Below, piece by piece: positions 17,708 to 26,852 of a DNA stretch of 39,624 bases (positions within the stretch are counted from its first letter, which is position 1; each line of letters begins with the position of its first letter). Below the pieces are notes generated by a model. That model saw only the letters and a program-made list of their open reading frames with translations. It did no database searches and had not been told where the DNA came from. The position numbers and the translations under genes were made by a program. This stretch comes from a bacterium. GTDB taxonomy: Bacteria; Methylomirabilota; Methylomirabilia; CAVQYV01. The DNA is taken from contig JAZDMQ010000088.1 of assembly GCA_043800755.1 (NCBI GenBank), forward strand, positions 1 to 39,624. Reading direction: 5' to 3'.

Positions 17708-18651
17708 TGGGCTCCTACTGTGATTGATTCATGATCAGGGTTTTCGTTTCCAGGCAAGGGCGAAGAAGGCGCGGAGGCCTTCCCCCCTATCTTGTTCATT
17801 ATGTCCTTGGTGCTGACCAGATGATTCTGTAGGCCAAGCTTGCGGGGATGAATCCCCAGGGCAAGACCCACCAGTTGGGCAAGATGGAGCACAGGGATGT
17901 GGTAAGGCCTGTCCGCCCATTTCGCCGCTTCTGCTTGGTACATGTCGAGGCTGATGTGGCAAAGAGTGCAGGGCGTAAGCAAGAGATCAGCCTTGATTCT
18001 CCCTGCCCCATCCAGGCAATGGGAGGCCATCTGGAGAGAGGTTTTCTCATCCACTAGAAGGATGTGAAAACCGCAGCAATCGAGCCTTTCCTTGTAGACC
18101 AGGGGGATCGCCCCTGTGGCCGCAATCAATTCCTCCAGGAGGATAGGCTCTCTGGTCGATTCCGGGCCCAAGATGTGTTGTGGGCGCAGAAGGTGGCAGC
18201 CATAAAAAGGGGCCACCTTCAGGCCATCTAATGGTCTCTTAACCATCGATTTGAGCTTGTCGGGTCCCATTCGTCCCAGAAGGTGGAGGAAATGCAGGAT
18301 CTCGGCCTTCGCTTGGTATTCCAGGTCGAACTTCCTCAACTCCCCGTTGATCTCCTCCCGCAGGTTCAGGTCGCCGAGTTCCATCTGGCATTTGCGCAGA
18401 TTGAGGAAACAGGTGTTGCACAGGGTCAGGATGTCCTTTCCTTCCCTCTCAGCGACCGCGATGTTCCTCGCGTTCAACGCCAGGTTAAGCTTGGGGTTTT
18501 CCTCTGAAAGACACCCTGCCCCACAACAGGTGAAGTCTTCTACGCGGCAAAGGCGAATCCCCAGAAGACCCGCTACCTCCTGGGTCGCCTTGTCTGCCTC
18601 CTGCGTTGAGGCCTCGGCAGCACATCCCGGAAAGTACGCGAATTCTTTCAT
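17704..18651 (-). CDS. hdrB: Heterodisulfide reductase subunit B-like
   Basis: YFPGC, CCG, CNTC, FYGCH, CCG, CTLC: both non-cubane cluster motifs present. Confidence 0.94.
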   Translation of the reverse strand: MKEFAYFPGCAAEASTQEADKATQEVAGLLGIRLCRVEDFTCCGAGCLSEENPKLNLALNARNIAVAEREGKDILTLCNTCFLNLRKCQMELGDLNLREEINGELRKFDLEYQAKAEILHFLHLLGRMGPDKLKSMVKRPLDGLKVAPFYGCHLLRPQHILGPESTREPILLEELIAATGAIPLVYKERLDCCGFHILLVDEKTSLQMASHCLDGAGRIKADLLLTPCTLCHISLDMYQAEAAKWADRPYHIPVLHLAQLVGLALGIHPRKLGLQNHLVSTKDIMNKIGGKASAPSSPLPGNENPDHESITVGAQ

Positions 18652-19256
18652 CCCTGTTCCTTGTCGAATCGATCAAATAGGCCTCTTACCTGCTGCATGT
18701 TCTTGGCCCGCTTGGGCAATGGGGAGGGGAGCTTGCCTCGGATTAGCATCTTAAGGGCCAGAGGAATCATCTTCACGATTCGATGACGGAGCGTCACCAA
18801 AGGCAGGGTCGCCTCGTTAAGCTTGCCAAACCGATAAATGTCGAATGCGAAGGCTTTAGCGTGGCGCACACCAGCGCCCTTTGCCCCTTCCCTGATCGCT
18901 ATGGTTCTTATTGCGCTTATGATCTCGCCCGGACTGACATCTTTGTGGCACTTCACAATGCAACTTTGGCATTTGGCACAGAGCCAGATCATGTCCGAGT
19001 GGATTACTTCCTCTTTCAAGCCCAGAAGGGCCTTGGCGATGATTTTTCGCGGATTGCCTCGTGGATTATATCTGAATACGGGGCAGGTTGCGCTGCAGGT
19101 CCCACACTGAATGCATTTGAGAATATCCTTTCCCGAGGGGAGGGCAGAGATCTCCTTGTAGAAATAAAAGTGGGAGATCCTTTGAGGCCCAGTTCGTTCT
19201 TGATCTCCATCCGGAATCTTTTCTTTCCCGAGTGAATCCTTCATTTCTAAGATCAT
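18648..19256 (-). CDS. hdrC: Heterodisulfide reductase subunit C-like
   Basis: CIQCGTCSATCP, NPRKII, IWLCAKCQSCIVKC; ATG 19256 overlaps the oppF stop (ATGA). Confidence 0.92.
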   Translation of the reverse strand: MILEMKDSLGKEKIPDGDQERTGPQRISHFYFYKEISALPSGKDILKCIQCGTCSATCPVFRYNPRGNPRKIIAKALLGLKEEVIHSDMIWLCAKCQSCIVKCHKDVSPGEIISAIRTIAIREGAKGAGVRHAKAFAFDIYRFGKLNEATLPLVTLRHRIVKMIPLALKMLIRGKLPSPLPKRAKNMQQVRGLFDRFDKEQG

Positions 19257-20242
19257 TGATTTTCTCCTGTCCGATGGGCATGCAGCTGGCAGGCTACGAA
19301 GTGTCCGGGGGAGACCTCGCGGAGGGTTGGATCTTCTTTGACACAAAGCGGTGTCCGCCAGCGACAACGGCTGAAGAATCGGCAGCCGAGATAACGCTCT
19401 GTCGGACTGGGGGGGTCACCCTCCAGGAGAATTCGCCTTCCTATATCTCCCACCACCGGTAATGGTATCGCAGATATCAAGGCCTCGGTGTACGGATGGA
19501 GGGGGTGAAGATAGATCTCATGACTCTCGGCCAGTTCCACGATTCTCCCCAGATACATGATGGCCACCCGATCGCTCAAAAAACCGACCACCCTTAGATC
19601 GTGGGCGATAAAGAGACAGGCAAGACGGTACTCTTCCTGAAGATCCATGAGTAAATTGAGAACCTGGGCCTGGATTGAAACATCCAAGGCGGAAACGGGT
19701 TCGTCGGCTACCACAAACTTGGGGTCCGAGATGATGGCGCGCGCGATTCCGATCCTTTGCCGCTGGCCCCCACTGAATTCGTGAGGATAACGATCCATCA
19801 ACTGGGGGGAGACTCCTACCCTCTCCAGCAGACGGGCCACGATTTCATGCCTTTGCTCCTTCTGCTCGCCATTTTGAATGACGATCCCTTCGGCGACGAT
19901 ATCCCCTACCTTCATTCGGGGATTGAGCGAAGAGTATGGGTCCTGAAAAATGATCTGCATTTTCGGGCGAAGCCTGCGCAGTGCCTCCTTGTCCAGCTTG
20001 AAGATCTCTTTTCCTTCAAAGAAAACCTCCCCCTCAGTGGGCTCAATCAGCCTCAAAATGAGCTTTCCCAAGGTAGATTTCCCACATCCGGACTCGCCCA
20101 CCAATCCCAGCATTTCCCCTTGACTAATCTCCAGATTCACCCCGTCTAATGCGTTAATGCTCCCGCGGATTCGAGAAAATGGGCTTCTCTTCAGGGGAAA
20201 ATGTTTCTTCAGGTTTTTGATTTCCAAGAGAACTGGGTCCAT
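19253..20242 (-). CDS. oppF: Oligopeptide/dipeptide ABC transporter ATP-binding protein (OppF/AppF)
   Basis: GESGCGKS, FQDPYSSLNP, FSGGQRQR, DEPVSALD, C-terminal CRF..RC..C..ACQ; start trimmed to ATG 20242. Confidence 0.92.
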   Translation of the reverse strand: MDPVLLEIKNLKKHFPLKRSPFSRIRGSINALDGVNLEISQGEMLGLVGESGCGKSTLGKLILRLIEPTEGEVFFEGKEIFKLDKEALRRLRPKMQIIFQDPYSSLNPRMKVGDIVAEGIVIQNGEQKEQRHEIVARLLERVGVSPQLMDRYPHEFSGGQRQRIGIARAIISDPKFVVADEPVSALDVSIQAQVLNLLMDLQEEYRLACLFIAHDLRVVGFLSDRVAIMYLGRIVELAESHEIYLHPLHPYTEALISAIPLPVVGDIGRRILLEGDPPSPTERYLGCRFFSRCRWRTPLCVKEDPTLREVSPGHFVACQLHAHRTGENQ

Positions 20243-20249
20243 CTCTCCT

Positions 20250-21218
20250 CTATCCGGGGAAGAAGCAACGGACACGATGTCCGAGAGAGCTTGGGTCCAG
20301 TCTCGGCTCTTTCTCCCTACAGATCCCTTGGGCTCTTGAACAGCGCGGATGGAACTTACAGCCCTGCGATAATGCTTGCAGATTAGGAACGGAGCCGGGA
20401 ATGGCGGACAGACGGGATCGCCTGGTTTTCGAATTCCGCATGGGAGGAATCGAGTGGAGAAGCCCTTGGGTATAGGGATGGAAGGGGACCCGAAAGAGAT
20501 CTGCAACGGTTGCCTCTTCCACAACCCTCCCCGCATAGATCACCACTACCCTCTGGGCCACTTGAGCGATCACCCCTAAGTCATGGGTAATGAGGAGGAC
20601 GGCCATCTTTAATTCGTCCCTCAGCCTTTTCAGCAGGTCCAAGATCTGGGCTTGAATGGTCACATCCAAGGCAGTCGTCGGCTCATCCGCAATCAGGATA
20701 CGGGGGTTGCAAGCCAGAGCCATTGCGATCATGGCCCGTTGGCACATGCCTCCGCTCAAACGATGGGGATACTCTGACATGACCCTTTGGACATCGGAAA
20801 GCCGCATCAGCTTGAGCATCTTCACGGACTTGCAGCGGGCCTCCCTCTCGCTCATTCCCTCGTGAACTCTCAGCACCTCGGAAATCTGGTTTCCAACGGT
20901 CAAGACCGGATTGAGCGAGGTAGTCGGCTCCTGGAAGATCATGGAGATCTCTTTGCCTCTAAGGTGCCGCATTCGTTCTTTATTGAGCTGTAAGAGGTCT
21001 TGGCCTTCGAAGAGAACCTCCCCTTCTACCTGCACTCCTGGAGGATCAGGGAGAAGTCGAATGATCGACAGGGCCGTGACCGTCTTTCCACACCCGGATT
21101 CCCCCACCAATCCGAGGATCTCTCCCGCAGAAAGGGAGAGGTCTATGCCCTCAACGGCCCTAACCATGCCGGACTCAGTAGGAAAAGAGATATGGAGGTT
21201 TTTCACTTCAAGCAGCAT
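20250..21218 (-). CDS. oppD: Oligopeptide/dipeptide ABC transporter ATP-binding protein (OppD/AppD)
   Basis: [39 protein letters not shown]. Confidence 0.93.
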   Translation of the reverse strand: MLLEVKNLHISFPTESGMVRAVEGIDLSLSAGEILGLVGESGCGKTVTALSIIRLLPDPPGVQVEGEVLFEGQDLLQLNKERMRHLRGKEISMIFQEPTTSLNPVLTVGNQISEVLRVHEGMSEREARCKSVKMLKLMRLSDVQRVMSEYPHRLSGGMCQRAMIAMALACNPRILIADEPTTALDVTIQAQILDLLKRLRDELKMAVLLITHDLGVIAQVAQRVVVIYAGRVVEEATVADLFRVPFHPYTQGLLHSIPPMRNSKTRRSRLSAIPGSVPNLQALSQGCKFHPRCSRAQGICREKEPRLDPSSLGHRVRCFFPG

Positions 21219-21220
21219 GG

Positions 21221-21273
21221 AAAAAGACTTGGCAGGAGCTGGGGAGCAAGACGGAGACCCCCCGGCTCCTGCC
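21221..21273 (-). terminator. GC-rich stem-loop/possible intrinsic terminator between the aminotransferase and oppD
   Basis: 14-bp inverted repeat (21231-21244 / 21260-21273, one mismatch), followed on the minus strand by AAGTCTTTTT. Confidence 0.6.
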
Positions 21274-21297
21274 GCAGAGAAAGTCCTTCACTCAATC

Positions 21298-22491
21298 TCA
21301 AGCCAACTTGGCCAAAGAAGCGGCAATGCGTTCCAGGCCCTTCTCGATATTTGTCATGGAGGTTGCGTAGGAGAGGCGCGCATGACCATCGCTACCAAAA
21401 TCCAGGCCCGGAACGATAGCCACCTGTGCTTCTTCCAGAAGATAGGCGGCCAGATCAGAAGAACCTTTGATCACTCCCTTTTCCCACCTCTTTCCGTAGT
21501 GGGGCGAGAAGTTGGGGAAGGCATAGAAGGCGCCTTTGGGTGTGGTACAAGAGACGCTGGGCATCGCATTGAGCCTTTCCACCATGTATTTTCTCCGCTG
21601 ATCAAATTCTGCCCGCATCTTTTGAACTGCCTCCTGGGGACCCAAGAGCGCTTCCACGGCTGCCTTTTGGGCGATGGAGGTCGGATTCGAGGTCGACTGG
21701 CTCTGGAGGTCATCCATAGCCTTGATAATCTCCCGGGGACCCGCCGCATAGCCTATCCTCCAGCCTGTCATCGAATAGGACTTGGAGCAAGCATTGACCA
21801 CTATCGTGAGGTCTCTGATTTCCTTGCCCAGAGAAGCGATGCTGACATGCTCCTCACTATCATAGATAAGGGCCTCGTAGCATTCGTCCGAGATCACAAA
21901 GATATTTGACCGAATTGCGAGATCGGCGATCTCCCGCAGTACCTGGCGATGGTAAATTGCCCCTGTAGGATTGCAAGGACTGTTAAGAATGATCGCCTTG
22001 GTGCGAGGGGTGACGACGCTCTCCAACAATGATCGGGAGAGTGCGAAGTTTTCCGACTCTTCAGTTCTGACGAAGACCGGAGTGGCATCGGCCAGCTTCA
22101 CCTGTTCCGGGTAGGTAACCCAGTAGGGGGTGGGTATGACCACCTCATCTCCTTGATCAAACAATACCTCCGCCAGATTAAAGAGGCAGTGTTTGGCACC
22201 ACACGAGATTACGACCTCTGATTTCTGATATTCAAGATTATTGTCTCGCTTTAACTTCTGGACCACCGCTTCCTTCAGTTCATCGATACCTCCGACGGGG
22301 GTATACTTGGTGAACCCCTCGCGGATCGCTTTGATTGCTGCTTCCTTGATATTGTCCGGGGTATCGAAGTCCGGTTCCCCGGCCCCAAAGCTAATGACAT
22401 CGATCCCTTGAGCCTTCATCTGCTTCGCTTTAGCGGTGATGGCCAAAGTAGGTGAGGGGCTTATGTTTTTGGCCCTTTTTGAGAGAGACAT
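21298..22491 (-). CDS. aspC: Class I PLP-dependent (aspartate) aminotransferase
   Basis: GEPDFDTP, NSPCNPTG, SDECY, SKSYSMTGWRIG, RLSYA; start ATG 22491 after GGAGG. Confidence 0.92.
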   Translation of the reverse strand: MSLSKRAKNISPSPTLAITAKAKQMKAQGIDVISFGAGEPDFDTPDNIKEAAIKAIREGFTKYTPVGGIDELKEAVVQKLKRDNNLEYQKSEVVISCGAKHCLFNLAEVLFDQGDEVVIPTPYWVTYPEQVKLADATPVFVRTEESENFALSRSLLESVVTPRTKAIILNSPCNPTGAIYHRQVLREIADLAIRSNIFVISDECYEALIYDSEEHVSIASLGKEIRDLTIVVNACSKSYSMTGWRIGYAAGPREIIKAMDDLQSQSTSNPTSIAQKAAVEALLGPQEAVQKMRAEFDQRRKYMVERLNAMPSVSCTTPKGAFYAFPNFSPHYGKRWEKGVIKGSSDLAAYLLEEAQVAIVPGLDFGSDGHARLSYATSMTNIEKGLERIAASLAKLA

Positions 22492-22537
22492 ACAGTAATC
22501 CTCCAATTCTCTACCCGGATGGAATGCCAGATTCGTT

Positions 22538-23047
22538 TCAAAGCTTATCCTTCTTGAATGAACGCAGACTTCGCAACTTCCGGTGAAGCAGCTTTTCCAC
22601 AATGGGGGGCACGAAGGGTGTCACCGAACCGCCGTGGATTGCGATATCCTTAACAATGCGTGAACTCAAATAGGAATAGGCGCTGTCGGGCATCATGAAG
22701 ACCGTTTCTACGGTCTCATCGATATTTCGGTTCATGAGGGTCATCTGAAATTCATATTCAAAGTCGGAAATGGCTCGCAACCCCCGCAAAACCACGTTGG
22801 TCTTCTGGCTTCGCACATAGTCCACCAGAAGGCAATCAAAAGAATCAACTCGGACGTTTGGCAGATGGCGAGTTGCCTTCTTAACGATCTCCTTCCGCTC
22901 TGCTCCGGTAAAAAGTGGGTCCTTCTCCAGGTTCACGGCGACCGCCACGACTACCTGGTCAAAGATCCGCAGCGCCCTCTCTATGATATCCAGGTGGCCG
23001 TTGGTGATAGGATCAAAGGTTCCGGGGTAGATGACTGCCTTTTCCAT
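22538..23047 (-). CDS. coaD: Phosphopantetheine adenylyltransferase
   Basis: YPGTFDPITNGH, RGLRAISDFEYE, LSSRIVK. Confidence 0.97.
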   Translation of the reverse strand: MEKAVIYPGTFDPITNGHLDIIERALRIFDQVVVAVAVNLEKDPLFTGAERKEIVKKATRHLPNVRVDSFDCLLVDYVRSQKTNVVLRGLRAISDFEYEFQMTLMNRNIDETVETVFMMPDSAYSYLSSRIVKDIAIHGGSVTPFVPPIVEKLLHRKLRSLRSFKKDKL

Positions 23048-23055
23048 TTTTGTTC

Positions 23056-23613
23056 CTACGGTTTTTCCTTCAAGAAAAAGGATAACTTCGACTCTCCGTG
23101 GCGGATCTCTCGATCCCGTGTCAAGCCGGGGACCTCTTTTGGCAATTCCTCTTTGTGGAAGTGCTCGACAATGATCACCCCATCATCCTCCAGTAGATTA
23201 GATGCGGAGAGGGCGATCAACGTGGAGAGAAGGATCCCCTGGCGGTAGGGCGGATCGACGAAGATCACTGAGAACTTCTCGTGCCGGCTTCCCATTCTTT
23301 TGATGGCCGTCCATGCGTCTATCCTCATGAGGGTTGCCCGATCGGATAGACCAAGGGTTTGGAGGTTCGATTCGATTATTCCAATGCTCCGGGGCGACCT
23401 ATCCACAAAAATAACTTCGCTGGCACCACGGGATAGGGCTTCAATTCCCACATTGCCGGAGCCCGCAAAAAGATCCAAAAACCTTACACCGTTGATATGC
23501 TTCTGCAATATGTCGAAGACAACTTCCTTAAGGTAATCGGAAGTAGGTCTGATCTCGGGTGTCTTTCCAATCCTGAGGCGCCGTCCTTTGGCTGTCCCCC
23601 CTATGATCCTCAT
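23056..23613 (-). CDS. rsmD: 16S rRNA m2G966 methyltransferase
   Basis: MRIIGG, RPTSD, LDLFAGSG, DPPY; adjacent to coaD. Confidence 0.95.
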   Translation of the reverse strand: MRIIGGTAKGRRLRIGKTPEIRPTSDYLKEVVFDILQKHINGVRFLDLFAGSGNVGIEALSRGASEVIFVDRSPRSIGIIESNLQTLGLSDRATLMRIDAWTAIKRMGSRHEKFSVIFVDPPYRQGILLSTLIALSASNLLEDDGVIIVEHFHKEELPKEVPGLTRDREIRHGESKLSFFLKEKP

Positions 23614-23654
23614 TTGGAAGCGACAGGGTAATGGATTCGTTCCGAGAAAAAGGA

Positions 23655-23683
23655 TTGCGCAATAGGAGGAAATAAACTACAAT
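23655..23683 (+). promoter_or_regulatory. Putative sigma70 promoter for rpmB
   Basis: TTGCGC, 17-bp spacer, TACAAT; SD GGAGG before ATG 23716. The palindrome ATTGCGCAAT overlaps the -35. Confidence 0.55.
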
Positions 23684-23715
23684 AACCACGAAAATAGATC
23701 ATTGGAGGTAATTTT

Positions 23716-23955
23716 ATGAAAGCCAGCCGTTGCGACATCTGCGGAAAGGGCCCTCAATTCGGCCACCTCGTAAGTCATGCCCACAATCTCTCCAACCACA
23801 AGCAATATCCTAATGTCCATCGCACCCGGGTCAACATCCAGGGCGCTTCGAGAACCATGAGAGTCTGTACCCGGTGCCTCCGCTCAGGAAGAATATCAAA
23901 GGTAGCGGGCAAAGCGGGGCTAGAGCTCAAGCAGCCCTTACTCTTTCCACGCTGA
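23716..23955 (+). CDS. rpmB: 50S ribosomal protein L28 (zinc-binding form)
   Basis: RCDICGK..GHLVSHA..PN..VCTRCLRSG. Confidence 0.95.
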   Translation: MKASRCDICGKGPQFGHLVSHAHNLSNHKQYPNVHRTRVNIQGASRTMRVCTRCLRSGRISKVAGKAGLELKQPLLFPR

Positions 23956-26110
23956 TGACCCCATCTACCTTTTGAATGGCGGCGATGACGGTCTTAAGCT
24001 GGTTGAGATCAGAAACCTCCAGCACGAAGGTATTCTGACCCGTCTTCTCTTCCGTTACTTTCACCTCAGCTTGGGTAATATTGGTGTTGGTGGAGGAGAT
24101 GGCGGAGCTGATCTCGGCCAATACTCCAGGACGATCTTTTCCAATCAGGACCATGATCTTCACCTGATGGGACCCTATCTGCGCAAGATCCCATTCCGCA
24201 TCAATCCTTCGCTCTGCGTCATACATAAGTTGCTGTACATTAGGACAATCGGTCGTATGTATGGAAACGCCCCGCCCTCTGGTAATATACCCAACAATCT
24301 CGTCCCCAGGTAAGGGATTACAGCACTTGGAAAACTTGAATAAAATATCCTCGATCCCGGAGATCTTTATCCCTTCTCCGGTCTTGGGTTTGAAGACCCG
24401 CTCAGGTCTTTTCTCCTTCGATTCCTCCAGTTCTTTGAGCTGTGGCAACTCCTCCGGCGGGAGGATCTTCGAAATAACCTGTCGTGGGGATACCTTCCCA
24501 TAGCCCACCGCAGCAAAGAGGTCCTCCTGGTTGTGGAACCCGAATCTCTCCGCTGCCTTGGCCGTACTCTCCGAGTTTAATACCTGGGTGGGGCTCTTCC
24601 CGAGCTTGCGAATCTCCTTTTCGCAGATATCTCGGCCCAGGCTGACCGAACGCCCCCGCTCCTCATTTTTGATCCACTGTTTGATCTTACTTCTGGCCCG
24701 CGAAGTCTTGACGATCCTCAGCCAATCCTTACTTGGCGCATGATTGGCTGAGGTGATGATTTCGATGATGTCCCCGTTCTTCAATTCATATCGAAGGGGG
24801 ACCATCTTTCCATTCACCTTGGCACCCACACACTTCATCCCGATATCCGTGTGAATGCTAAATGCAAAGTCGATCGGGGTGGTTCCCCGTGGGAGTTCCT
24901 TGACATCCCCTTTCGGCGTGAATACATAAACCTCGTCGGGAAAGAGGTCGACCTTCACGGTCTCCATGAACTCCTTGGGGTCCTTGAGGTCTTGTTGCCA
25001 CTCCAAGAGTTGCCGTAACCAAACGAAGCTCTTATCGAAGGGATCGATTCGGTTGCTTCCCTCTTTGTATCGCCAATGCGCCGCAATGCCTTCTTCGGCG
25101 GTCCGATGCATTCGTTCAGTCCGAATCTGAATTTCGACCGGATCCCCCTCGGGGTCGATGACTGTAGTGTGGAGGGACTGATACATATTCGACTTAGGCA
25201 TCGCGATAAAATCCTTGAACCGTCCCGGAATTGGCTTCCACAGAGTGTGAACGATGCCAAGTGCCCCATAACAGTCCTGTATCGATCGGGTGACGACCCG
25301 AACCGCCGTGAGATCGTAAATCTCATCAAAGAGTCGACCTTGGTCTCTCATCTTCTTGAAGATACTGTAGAAGTGCTTGGGGCGTCCGGTGATTCTGGCC
25401 TTGATCTCCATCTCTTTCAGCTTTCCTTGGAGGATGCTGATTACCTCGTTAAGCTCCCCTTCCCTTTCCTTTCTCTTCTTGACGACCCGAAAAGCCAGAT
25501 CCCTGTAGACCTCTGGCTCCAGGTAACGGAGGGCCAGATCCTCAAATTCCATTTTGATCCAAGCAATGCCCAGCCGATGGGCCAGGGGTGCGTAGATGTC
25601 CAGAGTTTCCTGGGAGATGGCCCTTTTTTTTCCAGGTTCAAGTGGGTCCAGGGTACGCATATTATGGAGGCGATCTGCAAACTTAACCAACAAGACCCGA
25701 ATATCTTTGGACATCGCCAGAATCATCTTGCGCAGGCTTTCTGCTTGGTGGTCCTCTCGGGTGTGGAAGGCGAGCTTGCTCAGTTTGGTCACCCCGTCGA
25801 CCAGATTTGCGATCTCCTCACCGAAGATCCCCTTAACCTCATCGAAGGTGGTGAAAGTATCCTCCACGGCGTCATGGAGGAGGCCCGCCGTCACGGTGGG
25901 AACATCCATCCTGAGCCTGGTCAGGACCTTTGCCACCTCTAAGGGATGAGAAAGGTAGGGCTCTCCTGATCTCCTCTCCTGACCACTATGGACCTTCGCG
26001 GCGAAGACATATCCCTTGCGCAGGAGGTCTAGGCCGGCGTCAGGGTTATACTTCTGAATCTCCTCCTCGATATCCTCTATTCGAACTGGGGGACCCGCTC
26101 CAAGTGCCAT
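23927..26110 (-). CDS. relA: Bifunctional (p)ppGpp synthetase/hydrolase Rel
   Basis: Intact HD motif (LLHDAVED), ADRLHNMRTL, RFKD, YQSLHT, EIQIRT, TGS, CC and ACT domains; start likely ATG 26110. Confidence 0.96.
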   Translation of the reverse strand: MALGAGPPVRIEDIEEEIQKYNPDAGLDLLRKGYVFAAKVHSGQERRSGEPYLSHPLEVAKVLTRLRMDVPTVTAGLLHDAVEDTFTTFDEVKGIFGEEIANLVDGVTKLSKLAFHTREDHQAESLRKMILAMSKDIRVLLVKFADRLHNMRTLDPLEPGKKRAISQETLDIYAPLAHRLGIAWIKMEFEDLALRYLEPEVYRDLAFRVVKKRKEREGELNEVISILQGKLKEMEIKARITGRPKHFYSIFKKMRDQGRLFDEIYDLTAVRVVTRSIQDCYGALGIVHTLWKPIPGRFKDFIAMPKSNMYQSLHTTVIDPEGDPVEIQIRTERMHRTAEEGIAAHWRYKEGSNRIDPFDKSFVWLRQLLEWQQDLKDPKEFMETVKVDLFPDEVYVFTPKGDVKELPRGTTPIDFAFSIHTDIGMKCVGAKVNGKMVPLRYELKNGDIIEIITSANHAPSKDWLRIVKTSRARSKIKQWIKNEERGRSVSLGRDICEKEIRKLGKSPTQVLNSESTAKAAERFGFHNQEDLFAAVGYGKVSPRQVISKILPPEELPQLKELEESKEKRPERVFKPKTGEGIKISGIEDILFKFSKCCNPLPGDEIVGYITRGRGVSIHTTDCPNVQQLMYDAERRIDAEWDLAQIGSHQVKIMVLIGKDRPGVLAEISSAISSTNTNITQAEVKVTEEKTGQNTFVLEVSDLNQLKTVIAAIQKVDGVISVERVRAA

Positions 26111-26168
26111 CTCTTCCAACTCCCATGTATGTATATACCACAGGTCTACTGGCCATGACAATCCTCAT

Positions 26169-26852
26169 TTATTGCCCCTTCTTTCCAGCAATGGCCTCTA
26201 AGATGAGATCCTGTGGGATGGCCCCCTGACGGAGGATTTGGGGAGGGCGAACGGTAAGGTCCAACAGCGTGGAGGCAACTCCCGGCACTGGCCCTCCATC
26301 TAATAGGAGGTCAACCTTCCCAGCCAGCTCCTCCCAGACCATTTCGGCGTTGAGGGGATCCCTACTCCCCGAAAGATTGGCGCTGGGGGCGGCAAGGGGC
26401 AGAGAAGTCGCCTTTAACAACGCCTGTGCAATGCAACTTCCCGGGATCCTTACGCCCAATCTTTTCGTATGACCGGTAAGGGAAGAAGGAAGATGGGGGG
26501 AGGCTACAAAAATGAGGGTGAGAGGCCCGGGCCAGAAACAATGCATCAATTGCCGCGCGAGGCCATCGATTCCCTCGACCAATTCCTCAACCATCAGGAA
26601 ATCCCTGGCCATCACGATGAGGGGCTTGTCTTTGGGCCGACCTTTGGCTAAGAATATGGCTTCTACGGCCTGGGAGTCTCTGGCGTTAGCCCCCAAACCA
26701 TACAGGGTGTCGGTGGGGAAAGCAACCAGCCTTCCCTCTATTAGCGCCTGGGCCGCCTCCTGGATGATCTTCTCTTCAGGGGCATGGGGATTAACCCGGA
26801 GGACCCTGGTACTCTTCGATCGGTTTCCCATTTGTCTCTGGGACTCCGGCAT
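26169..26852 (-). CDS. tsaC: L-threonylcarbamoyladenylate synthase (TsaC/YrdC domain)
   Basis: FPTDTLYGL, KGR, WPGPLT, PSANLSG, ST motifs. Confidence 0.93.
   Translation of the reverse strand: MPESQRQMGNRSKSTRVLRVNPHAPEEKIIQEAAQALIEGRLVAFPTDTLYGLGANARDSQAVEAIFLAKGRPKDKPLIVMARDFLMVEELVEGIDGLARQLMHCFWPGPLTLIFVASPHLPSSLTGHTKRLGVRIPGSCIAQALLKATSLPLAAPSANLSGSRDPLNAEMVWEELAGKVDLLLDGGPVPGVASTLLDLTVRPPQILRQGAIPQDLILEAIAGKKGQ

Noticed and set aside
13513..19256. Selenocysteine recoding in HdrA/MvhD
   Set aside because: Positions that are sometimes Sec (MvhD CNWC, HdrA DCAMC) are ordinary Cys and the ORFs have no internal TGA.
26791..26852. 62-bp CDF/tsaC overlap as a regulatory feature
   Set aside because: Most simply a non-conserved C-terminal tail or uncertain start choice.
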